Shown: positions 10,819 through 20,356, numbered from the stretch's first letter. The stretch: 32,000 nucleotides of DNA from Saccharolobus solfataricus (GCF_900079115.1 NZ_LT549890.1:2310001-2342000); one strand, 5' to 3'. Notes: generated by a model from the sequence alone, not told the origin. Made by a program: numbers and translations.

Positions 10819-10954
10819 AACATATGTATAATTTCCAATTTAATAAACATTTTCCAATATGACCACAAATCTATATGTTCTGAGAAAGATAGTTTCAATT
10901 ATATGTTTTTATCTAAAAGCTTCTTCGTTAAATTTAATTTTATGTGCATAATAT

Positions 10955-11275
10955 ACTTATAGCCAGCTCGTGTTAGTGAACTACTCCGCCCTTACGGACA
11001 AGGCATCTCCACCTCGCGATTTCCTGCTTCTCGGAGAAACCTCGAATCCCTCTTCACCCACAGCGGAGGTTCCATCGAACCGTTCTGTAATGCCCTGTGT
11101 GGAAGAGAGGTTACGGGGGGTTTTCTGTTCACAGGCTTAAGTTCCCCCAGTCCCGCGACCAAGCTCTTTCAGCCAAGGTCAGATTCGTTTTTATTACTTC
11201 TTGGTAATAAACTTTTCTATAAGGGGCTATCTATCCTTACAGAAGGGGGACTTTCACCCCCTTAACTCCCATCAA
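10955..11275 (-). ncRNA. rnpB: Probable RNase P RNA (archaeal type A-like); ends uncertain by about 30 nt
   Basis: G+C-rich island in an AT-rich intergenic region. The minus strand carries, in the canonical 5'-to-3' order, UGAAAGUCC (11248-11256, CR-I-like), GUGAACAGAAAACC (11119-11132, CR-II-like), GGGUGAAGAGGG (11048-11059, CR-III-like) and ACACGAGCUGGCUAUA (10958-10973, CR-V-like). A G:U pair in the GGCU/AGCU hairpin supports the minus orientation. TTTAAAAG TATA box at 11325-11332 (minus). I could not trace convincing P1 or P4 pairings by hand. Confidence 0.55.
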
Positions 11276-11424
11276 GGTTAAAATCTCAATTCATCCTTTG
11301 TGAGACTGTAACACATTTGCATAACTTTTAAATACTTTTAATCATTTCACAATATGATCTTTATTATGATTATGTTTATATATTATTTCCTCTACATTAT
11401 AAATTGATGAACTCCATACTGATG

Positions 11425-11597
11425 ACGGGCTATGCTCACGAGGTATTGGGGGCGACAAATACGGATGGGAGGGTAGTGGTGTTTCCCTCGACTAGCCCCA
11501 ATGAGTTGAGGGTGAGTGTGTATGAGCCCTCAAGAGGGGTGCCCGTGGCGGAATTAGAAGTGGTTAAAAGTAAGCAGAAGTTACGCCACGGGTAAAC
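11425..11597 (+). ncRNA. Unclassified G+C-rich structured element with three perfect hairpins; candidate ncRNA (strand tentative)
   Basis: Perfect stems ATTGGGG/CCCCAAT (11445-11451 / 11496-11502), TTGAGGG/CCCTCAA (11506-11512 / 11527-11533) and CCCGTGGCG/CGCCACGGG (11542-11550 / 11584-11592). Visibly higher G+C than its flanks. TATA-like TTATAAAT at 11397-11404. Overlaps a 63-aa ORF (11404-11595) whose composition is atypical for this genome. Confidence 0.4.
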
Positions 11598-11607
11598 ACT
11601 TTCTACC

Positions 11608-12063
11608 TCAATCAGGTAATTTGACTCCCTCTAATTCCAATAAAGCTCTCTTTAACTTAACTCCTCTTGAATATCCTCCAATGCCATTTTCAGCTATTAC
11701 TCGGTGGCACGGTATGATAAGAAGAATTGGATTTTTGGATAATGCCATGCCGATAGCTCTTGGGGAAGTTCCGAGTGAATCTGCAATCTGTTTATACGTG
11801 TTAACTTTTCCCCAAGGAATCTTCATTACCTCTTTAAATACTGACAATCTAAAGGGATAGGTCTTTAAGCTAACTGGCTCTTTTAAGTCTACTGGCTTAC
11901 CCTCGAAGTAAAGATCTAACTTATGGAAGAAGTCAGTGAAACTGGTATCATCTCTTGAATTGTATTCCACACAATCACAAAAATCCAACATAATAAATCC
12001 CTTATTGTCCTTAGCTACAGTTATATTGCCAAAAGGACTTTTATATAAACCGTATACTACCAC
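11608..12063 (-). CDS. ogt: Methylated-DNA-protein-cysteine methyltransferase (O6-alkylguanine-DNA alkyltransferase)
   Basis: 151 aa with active-site PCHRV and the helix-turn-helix region YKQIADSLGTSPRAIGMAL. Confidence 0.9.
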   Translation of the reverse strand: MVVYGLYKSPFGNITVAKDNKGFIMLDFCDCVEYNSRDDTSFTDFFHKLDLYFEGKPVDLKEPVSLKTYPFRLSVFKEVMKIPWGKVNTYKQIADSLGTSPRAIGMALSKNPILLIIPCHRVIAENGIGGYSRGVKLKRALLELEGVKLPD

Positions 12064-12100
12064 AAGAGTTAATATACTATATTTTATTATAAAAAATTCA

Positions 12101-13738
12101 CTATTTTAACGCTTTTGCTGTAGTTTGCTCTACATCTCTTTGCGTAATCTCGGTAATCATCAAATCTAGGAACTTTTCAAACTTAACGTTTCTCACTTCA
12201 ATGTTACCTCTAGCTCTAACAGTTACTGTACCTTGACTAGCTTCCTTCTTACCTACTATCAATATGTATGGAACTCCTTGATCATATGCGTTCTTAATCC
12301 TCCTACTTAAAGTCTCACCCGCATAATCAATCTCTGCTCTTATTCTCCTCTTTCTCATATCGTTTAGCACTTTTTCAGCGTATTCATTTACTTCGTCAGT
12401 TATTGGCAAAACCTTAACTTGGACTGGGCTTAACCACGTTGGTAGCTTACCTTTAAAGTGCTCCAGTAGTATTGCAACGAATCTATCTATGGATCCGTAT
12501 ATTGCCCTATGGACCATTACCGGCCTCTTCTTTGTCCCATCCTTATCAATATACTCTAACTTAAACCTCTCTGGTAAGTTGAAGTCAACTTGTATTGTAG
12601 ATAATTGCCACCATCTACCTAGACTATCTCTTATCTCGAAGTCAATTTTAGGCCCATAAAACGCACCTTCTTTTTCCTTAATACCGAATTTTAAGCCCGA
12701 TTCTTGCAACGCGGAAATAAGCGCGTTAGTAGCTTTTTCCCACAGTTCATCAGATCCAATACTCTCATCCGGCCTGGTGCTCAGATAAGGTTTAATATCG
12801 TCATCCTTAAAGCCAAACTTATGCCAAACTTCCACTGTCTTAGAGATGAGCATCTTAATCTCTTCCTTTAGTTGATCCTCTTTAAGGAAGATGTGACCAT
12901 CGTCTTGGACGAAACCTCTAACTCTCAGTAACCCATATAATTCTCCTTTCTTTTCCCACCTATATACATGACCAAATTCTGAAAATCTTATTGGAAGATC
13001 ACGATAGGTTCTAGGTTTAGATTTGTAAATTAAAATGTGAGCTGGGCAGTTCATTGGTTTTACTCCGTACTCGTCACCTTCCATGTTAAAGACAATTAGT
13101 TTATCCCTATACAAGGTGTAATGACCGGATATTTTCCATATATCAGTCTTAAGAACGTGACTAGTGTAAACTTCTTGATACCCCATGCTATCATTTATCT
13201 CTCTCATAAATGTAATGAGTTCGTTTCTTAGGGTTTGCCCCTTAGGATGAAATAATACTAAACCTGATCCAGCTTCCTCGTGAAAACTAAACAAGTCTAA
13301 CTTCTCTCCAATTAACCTATGGTCAGTCTCTTCAGCCTTTTCCAACCAAGTAAGGTAGTCCTTTAACTGTTCTTCAGTCTCAAAAGCCACACCTCTAATT
13401 CTAACATATTGCTCATTGGGATTTGGATGATGGGTTGAGATATTCAAAATTTCAAAATACTTAGGATTCAGATTTGTCGGAATTGAAACCTTATCCTCTA
13501 CTATTGAAACCTTATTTCCTTTATACACTACTTGATTATTCTCAATGGGTACATTAGCTAGAACGTTCTTACTAATTGCCTTCTTAACCTCATCTAAGGT
13601 AATGCTAGTGTCTGATTTGATATCAATGTAGAAATCCCTTTCGCCTAGTCCAACTGCAACTGGCTTATATCCCCTCTCCATTAGGTTTATGGCTAAAATT
13701 ATTGCACCCTTTAGCCACATTGGCTTATAACTTTCCAT
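12101..13738 (-). CDS. thrS: Threonyl-tRNA synthetase, catalytic form lacking a full editing domain (ThrRS-cat type)
   Basis: 545 aa. Class II core motifs ([24 protein letters not shown]) and a C-terminal anticodon-binding domain. The N-terminal extension is only about 130 aa. Confidence 0.85.
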   Translation of the reverse strand: MESYKPMWLKGAIILAINLMERGYKPVAVGLGERDFYIDIKSDTSITLDEVKKAISKNVLANVPIENNQVVYKGNKVSIVEDKVSIPTNLNPKYFEILNISTHHPNPNEQYVRIRGVAFETEEQLKDYLTWLEKAEETDHRLIGEKLDLFSFHEEAGSGLVLFHPKGQTLRNELITFMREINDSMGYQEVYTSHVLKTDIWKISGHYTLYRDKLIVFNMEGDEYGVKPMNCPAHILIYKSKPRTYRDLPIRFSEFGHVYRWEKKGELYGLLRVRGFVQDDGHIFLKEDQLKEEIKMLISKTVEVWHKFGFKDDDIKPYLSTRPDESIGSDELWEKATNALISALQESGLKFGIKEKEGAFYGPKIDFEIRDSLGRWWQLSTIQVDFNLPERFKLEYIDKDGTKKRPVMVHRAIYGSIDRFVAILLEHFKGKLPTWLSPVQVKVLPITDEVNEYAEKVLNDMRKRRIRAEIDYAGETLSRRIKNAYDQGVPYILIVGKKEASQGTVTVRARGNIEVRNVKFEKFLDLMITEITQRDVEQTTAKALK

Positions 13739-13789
13739 AAATATCGCTATGTCATTTAACTTAAATCTTTAGCTGTTACAAAGAGTATT

Positions 13790-14746
13790 GTGACAAGAAT
13801 CTTAATAATAGCTAGTGGTGGTGGTCATACAGGCTTCGCCAGAGCTATTGCCCAATACATAACCGAAAAAATAGATTTCGTAATACCCACAAATGATTCT
13901 TATAGTAGGCAAATGATATCGCAATACGCAAATAAAATCTACGAGATACCTAAAGGAAGAGAACCAGACGAAAGTAGTCTAGTATTATTTAAGAGGTTAT
14001 TCTCTATAATAGTAAAGAGCGCCAATATTAAGAAGTATGATTTAATCATAGCCACCGGAAGCAATCACTCTATATTTCCTTCGTTTTTCCAATACTTAAA
14101 AGGTGGGAAGGTTTACGGTATCGAAAGCCAAGATAGGCTCATCACCAAGGGAAAGGCAATAAGTATAATATCAAATTATGCCAAGGGTATATTTCTTCAT
14201 TGGCAAGAGCAGAAGAAGCTTTATGAAAAAAAGGGTATTGTTGTGGGACCAATCGTTGAAAAACCTAAGTACGAGAGTAAAGATGAAGGCTATATATTAG
14301 TTACAACTGGTAGCATGGGTTTTAAGAGGTTATTTGACGTAATTGTAAAATACGTTATAGGGAAGAGGATTGTAATACAAACGGGAAAAATAGATCCGTC
14401 AATTTATCGTAATCAAAATATTACTACGTTTAGTTTTGATCCAGATTTAGAAAAGTGGATAGCCAACGCATCTTTGGTGATAACACATCAAGGCAAGACT
14501 GCAATGGAAGCAGTAGTAATGTATAGGAAACCTGTAATAATAGTTTATAATAATGATTGGAAGAGTGCAACATCGATAAGCGATACCGAGAAATATGCCG
14601 AGATATTGGGAGCTACATTTTTGAGAGATCCTATAACGTGGAATGACTATAATGTTTTACTGGATGCCATAGAAAACGTTAAGAAACCTAATGTTTTTGA
14701 TATAGGAACTCCAAATCTAGTCAAGCACATACTAAGTGAGTTGTAA
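13790..14746 (+). CDS. agl24: Alg13/Alg14-MurG-like glycosyltransferase, Agl24-like (N-glycan chitobiose synthesis)
   Basis: 318 aa with a GTG start. N-terminal [10 protein letters not shown] (GGH motif, His13), Glu112 in YGIESQD, and C-terminal [11 protein letters not shown] resembling a GT28 C-terminal domain. Matches the described Agl24 signature as I remember it. Confidence 0.55.
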   Translation: MTRILIIASGGGHTGFARAIAQYITEKIDFVIPTNDSYSRQMISQYANKIYEIPKGREPDESSLVLFKRLFSIIVKSANIKKYDLIIATGSNHSIFPSFFQYLKGGKVYGIESQDRLITKGKAISIISNYAKGIFLHWQEQKKLYEKKGIVVGPIVEKPKYESKDEGYILVTTGSMGFKRLFDVIVKYVIGKRIVIQTGKIDPSIYRNQNITTFSFDPDLEKWIANASLVITHQGKTAMEAVVMYRKPVIIVYNNDWKSATSISDTEKYAEILGATFLRDPITWNDYNVLLDAIENVKKPNVFDIGTPNLVKHILSEL

Positions 14747-15429
14747 TGTTACGTCAGCTTCTTGAAATTCTCTTAGAAATATTTGAAAACAATAAAACTA
14801 TATTAAAGGAGAAAGGTTGGATAGTTTCATCTAAAACTTCTTATGAATGGTGGGATGGACTAAAAAGTGAAGAAGAGATAATCATTTCAGCAATACTGGT
14901 TCAAATGTCAAGATGGGAAATTGTGAAGAATAAAGTGGAGGAAATGAGGAATAAAGGTTTAACTGACTTTTATAAATTATACAATACGAGTGAGGAAGAA
15001 TTATATAGCGTGTTGAAAGGAATTAATTTCTATAAGACCAAAGTAAAGAGATTGATTAATATATCTAAGATCGTAGTAGATCTAGGTACTATTGAGAAAT
15101 TTTATGACAGAAATCTACTTTTAAGTATTGATGGTATAGGGCAAGAAACAGCTGATTCAATCTTGCTTTTCGCAGGGCACAAACCAAACTTTCCACCATC
15201 CGAGTACGGTAAGAGAGTATTATCTCGAGTATTAGGAACTAGTATAAAGAAAAAAGATGAAGTAAAAAGAATGGTAGAAGAAAATTTAGAACCAGATGTC
15301 TATAAATACAAATTACTTCATGCTGGAATAGTCACTGTAGGTAGGGCATTCTGTTTCACTAAAAAGCCTAAATGTGAGGATTGTATTTTGAAGAAAGTAT
15401 GTAAATATTACGGAGAAAATTCTCTGTGA
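14746..15429 (+). CDS. Endonuclease III-related HhH-GPD family protein with a 4Fe-4S cluster loop
   Basis: HhH motif LLSIDGIGQETADSILLFA. C-terminal CFTKKPKCEDCILKKVC (C-x6-C-x2-C-x5-C). Its ATG overlaps the upstream stop (TAATG). Confidence 0.7.
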   Translation: MLRQLLEILLEIFENNKTILKEKGWIVSSKTSYEWWDGLKSEEEIIISAILVQMSRWEIVKNKVEEMRNKGLTDFYKLYNTSEEELYSVLKGINFYKTKVKRLINISKIVVDLGTIEKFYDRNLLLSIDGIGQETADSILLFAGHKPNFPPSEYGKRVLSRVLGTSIKKKDEVKRMVEENLEPDVYKYKLLHAGIVTVGRAFCFTKKPKCEDCILKKVCKYYGENSL

Positions 15430-15513
15430 TACAAAATATACCTCTTTAAATACTTTTACTAAATTTAAGTAACGAGTAGTAATGTTTAAATTTTTATTCG
15501 ATAAGTATGTGGT

Positions 15514-16527
15514 ATGAAGTTGTACGAATACGAGGGAAAGAGTCTTTTTAAACGAGTAGGAATTCCAGTGCCTAATGGTATCGTAACTACAGAACCGATA
15601 AAATGGGGAGGAAAGGCTGTAGTGAAATCTCAACTTTTGGAAGGTGCAAGAGGCAAGAGAGGACTAGTAAGAGTAACTGACGATGTTTATAATACCATTT
15701 TAGAGTTGAAAAAACTAGGAGTAGAGAAATTCTTAGTGGAGGAGTTCGTTCCTCACGAGAAGGAGTTTTACGCTTCAGTATTATTAGATAGGGAATCTGC
15801 AGAACCAATGCTGGTTTTATCCAGAGAAGGAGGTATTGATGTTGAGCAAGCTAAGGACGTTAAGAAGATGATAATACCATTAGAAAGGGGAGTTAGGAGT
15901 TATGATATTATTGAGGCTGAGAAGTATCTAGGAGTTAAGGGATTAGGGCAAATAATACAAGGTTTATATAAATTATTTGTAGAATATGACGCTGAACTAG
16001 TTGAAATAAACCCATTAGCATTGACTAGTGATGGCAGATTATTGGCATTGGACTCTAAGGTGATTTTAGAGGACAACGCGTTATTTAGACATGAGGATTT
16101 GTTAAAGGAATTAGGAAGGCAAGAAATTCATGATAGTTATGTGGAACTAGATGGAGATATAGGAATAATAGGTAATGGAGCTGGATTAACCATGGCTTCA
16201 ATGGATTTAGTTAAATTAAATGGTGGGAATCCAGCTAATTTCTTGGATGTCGGTGGAGGAGCAAGTAGGGAACACGTTAAGGAAAGCGTACTCAAAGTAG
16301 GTAGTAATCCTAAAGTTAAGAAAGTTGTTATAAATATTTACGGCGGGATTACCAGATGTGATGAGGTAGCGTTAGGTATAGTTGATGCATTAAAGGAGAT
16401 AAAGAAGCCAATATTTGTTAGATTGCTAGGTACAAATGAGGAGTTAGGGAAGAAAATATTAAGAGAGAACGGAGTAAACGTATATGATGATGTATTAAAA
16501 ATGATAGGTGATGCAGTACGCTCATAA
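15514..16527 (+). CDS. sucC: Succinyl-CoA synthetase beta subunit
   Basis: [13 protein letters not shown]-terminus, ATP-grasp domain, [12 protein letters not shown] and GGITRCDE motifs. 337 aa. Confidence 0.9.
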   Translation: MKLYEYEGKSLFKRVGIPVPNGIVTTEPIKWGGKAVVKSQLLEGARGKRGLVRVTDDVYNTILELKKLGVEKFLVEEFVPHEKEFYASVLLDRESAEPMLVLSREGGIDVEQAKDVKKMIIPLERGVRSYDIIEAEKYLGVKGLGQIIQGLYKLFVEYDAELVEINPLALTSDGRLLALDSKVILEDNALFRHEDLLKELGRQEIHDSYVELDGDIGIIGNGAGLTMASMDLVKLNGGNPANFLDVGGGASREHVKESVLKVGSNPKVKKVVINIYGGITRCDEVALGIVDALKEIKKPIFVRLLGTNEELGKKILRENGVNVYDDVLKMIGDAVRS

Positions 16528-17375
16528 ATAAGAACACTAGGGTAATAGTTCAAGGAATCACGGGAAGAGAAGGAAGCTTTCATACACAGCAAATGCTGAA
16601 ATATGGTACAAAAATAGTTGCTGGCGTCACTCCGGGTAAAGGTGGAACTCAAGTTAACAGCGTACCCGTATATGATACGGTAAAAGATGCAATGAAAGAG
16701 CACGAGGCTGATGCCTCTATAATTTTCGTTCCAGCTAAATACGCAGTAGATGCCATATACGAAGCAGTTGATGCAGGGATAAAATTGATTGTAACAATAA
16801 CAGAGCATATACCCGTTTTAGATATGGCTAAAGCTATAAAATATGCCAGAGCTAGGGGATCTAGAATAATAGGACCAAATTGTCCCGGGATAATAGCCCC
16901 AGAGGAAAGTCTAGTTGGAATACTCCCAGCTAGAGCATTTAAGAAGGGTAAAATAGGAATAGTATCTAGATCTGGTACACTAACATATGAAGTTTCAGAG
17001 CTACTTAAGAATCACGGTATGGGCCAATCTACTGTAATAGGAATAGGCGGAGATCCAATAATAGGAACAAGTATTTTAGAAGTGACAAAGATGTTTGATC
17101 AGGATCCAGAAACGGAAAAAATAGTCGTAATTGGAGAGATAGGAGGTACAATGGAGGAGAGGTTAGCAGAGGCATATAAGAGGAGAGAAATTAAAAAGCC
17201 AGTTATAGCTTACATAGCTGGAATGACTGCACCAAGAGAAAAAAGAATGGGGCATGCTGGAGCTGTAGTGTATATGGGCATGGGAACCTTTGAGAGTAAG
17301 ATTAAGGCATTTAAAGAGGCTGGAATCCCTGTTGCTAATACTCCTTATGATATTCCGAAGCTACTTCTTTCTTAA
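16524..17375 (+). CDS. sucD: Succinyl-CoA synthetase alpha subunit (start assigned to a non-canonical codon)
   Basis: The conserved N-terminus [20 protein letters not shown] (CoA-binding GxTGxxG) lies upstream of the first ATG (16593). The frame is open from 16512. Phosphohistidine region GHAGA is present. GGTGA at 16507-16511. Confidence 0.8.
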   Translation: MNKNTRVIVQGITGREGSFHTQQMLKYGTKIVAGVTPGKGGTQVNSVPVYDTVKDAMKEHEADASIIFVPAKYAVDAIYEAVDAGIKLIVTITEHIPVLDMAKAIKYARARGSRIIGPNCPGIIAPEESLVGILPARAFKKGKIGIVSRSGTLTYEVSELLKNHGMGQSTVIGIGGDPIIGTSILEVTKMFDQDPETEKIVVIGEIGGTMEERLAEAYKRREIKKPVIAYIAGMTAPREKRMGHAGAVVYMGMGTFESKIKAFKEAGIPVANTPYDIPKLLLS

Positions 17376-18401
17376 TCTATACGTGACTAAAGCCACAACT
17401 GCAACTAATATGATTGCAAATACGATATAAATGATGGAAGGTCCATTGCCAATCCCATTATTTTTTATATTAAAACTTCCATCAACGTAATTTGAGTAGT
17501 GATTACCAAATATAATTATTAGATTTCCCGAATACGGTATAGATATCATGTAGTAGTTTGTTCCTGGAATATAGCTTCCGATTATCGGTACAGATGTGTT
17601 GTAATAATACGCATTTCCCGTCGATGTTAATACAATGACATATGGGCTTTCATTATATATGAACTTGGATACTCCAAGTAAGTCGTTGAATGTAGTTATG
17701 GGAACTAGCAGACTTATGAACTTTGAACCGGTTATATTAAATGCCACGTGATTTGAGTAATTTAAGAGGTTAATCTCAGCACTTGAAGACGCTACAATAA
17801 AGAACAGATTTACGGTGTAGTTTTGGTATACGTAATTGAATGAAACGTTATATAAGTTGTATGGTCCAGTGTAAAAGTTTAAGTCACCTTCTGTCAACGT
17901 CGTGGTAGCGCTGTATGTTAGGTTTGAGGCCGGATTTATATTTATACTATAGTATGACTTTAGTGGTATCATGTATTGTAGGGAAATGTAAGTGTAGTTG
18001 TTGTAGTCTAGGAATTCCACAGCAGGAATTCCATTATAGTTAGTGAATTCTTTACCGGTTTCTAGAAATCCACTGGGAGTACCAGCGGCTGCAGTGTTAA
18101 TCCACACACTTAGAGGATATGGATATGAACCACTTATGTTCTCTATGGTCAAATTGTTTGTATTTATTGCTGGAAATACTTTGTTTATTGATTTTCCATT
18201 TATTACAAAAGCGGTTCCATTCCAAACTAGATTCATACTTATATTAAAGGTTAAGTAGGTTCCAAGTCTAGATGATGTTTCGTAAATGTTGTAACTAATT
18301 GTATTTCCAATGTTTAGAAAACTAAATTGGTTAGAAGAGTAAGTTGTTGGTACAAATATTATACTTGACAAAACTAAAAATAATATGAGATACCTTTTCA
18401 T
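17361..18401 (-). CDS. Secreted, C-terminally membrane-anchored, sequon-rich protein (probable surface glycoprotein)
   Basis: N-terminal signal-like [18 protein letters not shown]-terminal TM helix plus basic tail ([24 protein letters not shown]). I count 12 N-x-S/T sequons. Confidence 0.55.
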   Translation of the reverse strand: MKRYLILFLVLSSIIFVPTTYSSNQFSFLNIGNTISYNIYETSSRLGTYLTFNISMNLVWNGTAFVINGKSINKVFPAINTNNLTIENISGSYPYPLSVWINTAAAGTPSGFLETGKEFTNYNGIPAVEFLDYNNYTYISLQYMIPLKSYYSININPASNLTYSATTTLTEGDLNFYTGPYNLYNVSFNYVYQNYTVNLFFIVASSSAEINLLNYSNHVAFNITGSKFISLLVPITTFNDLLGVSKFIYNESPYVIVLTSTGNAYYYNTSVPIIGSYIPGTNYYMISIPYSGNLIIIFGNHYSNYVDGSFNIKNNGIGNGPSIIYIVFAIILVAVVALVTYRLRKK

Positions 18402-18494
18402 CTCGAATAGTACTGTACTTTTTATTAATATTTATTATTTATCCGGATCCTCAAACAACTATCGATTAAATATCTCCTTTATCGAATTAATACT

Positions 18495-18851
18495 GTGAAA
18501 AAGAAGGCATTAGGGCTAAGCAATGATGGTTACTATGTAATCTTTTTCATTTCGGAGAGTGAGATAGGGTATAAAAGGACTCGAATTAATGAGATGTATT
18601 ATATATCATTCATTATTACCTTACTAGTTTCCATTTTATATGTAGTTTTTAGATATATTTTCATTTTGGTACTCTTTATAATACCCATTTTAATATATCT
18701 ACTCACGATTGCAATATCTTTACATATATACAAGCCTGAGATTTATGAAAAAATAATCAGAGTTGAGATGAAAGAGAAGATCGTTAAAATTCACACTGCT
18801 AGCAAAACGTTTATAATACGTAGGGGAAAAATCCTTGGTTTCACTGACTAG
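18495..18851 (+). CDS. Small membrane protein, hypothetical
   Basis: 118-aa ORF with a GTG start and two hydrophobic helices in the middle. No motif recognised. Confidence 0.35.
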   Translation: MKKKALGLSNDGYYVIFFISESEIGYKRTRINEMYYISFIITLLVSILYVVFRYIFILVLFIIPILIYLLTIAISLHIYKPEIYEKIIRVEMKEKIVKIHTASKTFIIRRGKILGFTD

Positions 18852-19041
18852 ATTTAGGTTTTATCGTTATTGTCCCACTATCCTCATCAACTTGAAGCAT
18901 ATACTTTGTTCCAAATTTTTCTACCATCGACTTAGGCAAGTACAGATTCAATGGCAATGTGAAATATTCATACTCATATATTTTTCCTCTAACATTCTTC
19001 TTTCCAACTAATCTTTTAGCTTCTACTTCTCTTTCTTTCAT
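18841..19041 (-). CDS. Small AbrB/SpoVT-like DNA-binding protein (tentative)
   Basis: 66 aa. FTLPLNLYLPKSMVEKFGTKYMLQVDEDSGTITIKP resembles the swapped-hairpin AbrB pattern (xTIPxxxxxxxgixxGdxvxvxxd...i). No toxin partner is adjacent. Confidence 0.4.
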   Translation of the reverse strand: MKEREVEAKRLVGKKNVRGKIYEYEYFTLPLNLYLPKSMVEKFGTKYMLQVDEDSGTITIKPKSSQ

Positions 19042-19543
19042 AAGATAATGTCCGTACTCTCTCTTTTTAAAACTTTTCCATAATGTATTTTAACACCTTT
19101 TAGTAATATACGAGATCCCCTTACAACTCTTTAACCTTACCGAATATGTTCTTAATATAACTTCCCCCATATATAACTTACCATCTGCTTAATTTTATTT
19201 GGAAAGAGTAATTCAGAGAGCCTTTGACTTCTTAACTCTATTAAGAGAAGTGTCTATAACGCTCTTCCGTAAGTAGTTGATAATTCTTGACTCTAAAGCG
19301 AATAATATCTATAATAATTTGACCTTAATGTTGGTCTCACTACTATCTTAAGTTTCACGTTAGCGAAATTATTATATTTCGAGCTACTTCAATTGAAGAT
19401 CACGCAGGTAAACTTTAACTATGGAAATTTGTAATTCCATCTAGTCAAACGAATATATCAGATTTAATAAAGGTCATTCCTCAGTTAAACTTGGGTTGAT
19501 TTGGAATTCTATATTATTTTAATAATAGGGTTAATTACTATAT

Positions 19544-20317
19544 TTGGGAAAAGATTTAAATAGGATCCCAAGGAAGAAGGCACCCATGAACTCGTCCATA
19601 ATTATAGCTATCATAGTAATAGTAATAATTATAGCAGGAGTAGCTGCTTATCTAACACTAGGTCATCATCCTGCCACAACATCTTCTACAACAAGTTCGG
19701 CTACGACAACTTTCTTAACATCTTCTACCTCAAATTCAGTGCCTCCCACTTCGTCCTCAACATCTTCTACAACATCTTCATCCACAACTACTACGACACA
19801 GACGGCAACTCAGACGGTAACCCTACCCCCTGGGGCTAACGTTTTGCCTTACAACCCCAACAACAAGACTGTGTTCATTTATTTAACTGTAACAGTTACT
19901 GGTCCATCATTTAATTATAATGGTACTGCGTATGGGCAAATGAAACTTTATGTTCCTGCAGGATGGAATGTAATGATAATTTTGACTAATGATCAGTCCA
20001 TTCCCCATAACGCGAATATAGTATTAAACGAGACCCCAATACCAAATAACTCCAATATTTCCGCGGATGGCAAAATTTTACTGTATGTTGGCGACTCACC
20101 ATCGAACTTTATGAGTAATGGAGTTCAACCTGGCCAGACTGTAATTGGAATGTTAGATAATATTTCAGCTGGTTACTATTGGATTGCTTGTGGAATATAC
20201 GGTCATGCTGAAAGCGGAATGTGGGCTGATTTAATAGTCTCAAGCTCTGTCTCAGTCCCATACTCCATAATTTCATCTTCAACCTCCTCAACTTCATCAA
20301 CTCACAGCTGGGGCTAA
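19544..20317 (+). CDS. Sulfocyanin-like type-1 (blue) copper protein, membrane-anchored with a Ser/Thr-rich stalk
   Basis: N-terminal TM helix, long S/T linker, and cupredoxin ligands IPHN plus C-GIYG-H-AESG-M (Cys, His, Met loop). The likely true start is the ATG at 19586 rather than the TTG at 19544. Confidence 0.8.
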   Translation: MGKDLNRIPRKKAPMNSSIIIAIIVIVIIIAGVAAYLTLGHHPATTSSTTSSATTTFLTSSTSNSVPPTSSSTSSTTSSSTTTTTQTATQTVTLPPGANVLPYNPNNKTVFIYLTVTVTGPSFNYNGTAYGQMKLYVPAGWNVMIILTNDQSIPHNANIVLNETPIPNNSNISADGKILLYVGDSPSNFMSNGVQPGQTVIGMLDNISAGYYWIACGIYGHAESGMWADLIVSSSVSVPYSIISSSTSSTSSTHSWG

Positions 20318-20356
20318 GGGAAAATTTTTTATTTAATATTTTTCTTAAATATCAAT

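Noticed and set aside
10955-11275. SRP (7S) RNA as an alternative identity for the G+C-rich minus-strand RNA
   Set aside because: There is no helix-8-type GNAR-loop plus AGCA motif with the required stem. There is also no long 5'/3' complementarity (helix 5), because the region after the first 50 nt is an AT-rich hairpin. The order of CR-like motifs fits RNase P better. Not fully excluded without a covariance-model search.
11405-11425. C/D box sRNA suggested by UGAUGA at 11405-11410 and CUGAUGA at 11419-11425
   Set aside because: No terminal CUGA D box lies within 70 nt downstream, and the spacer between the boxes is too short (8 nt). The first box also overlaps the TATA-like sequence.
15313-16808. 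Minus-strand ORFs 15313-15633, 15587-15808 and 16338-16808 (the last is 156 aa)
   Set aside because: They are antisense to the EndoIII-like gene, sucC and sucD, whose products carry clear family motifs. The 156-aa ORF spans the sucC-sucD junction and has an unnatural composition.
19544-19585. TTG at 19544 as the start of the cupredoxin
   Set aside because: The ATG at 19586 directly precedes the membrane anchor (MNSSIIIAIIV). The 14 extra residues are basic and unsupported. The longer coordinates are kept in the feature table only to match the ORF track.
19670-19800. Possible DNA tandem repeat in the Ser/Thr-rich region
   Set aside because: It is low-complexity coding sequence (ACN/TCN codons for an S/T stalk) with no exact nucleotide repeat unit.
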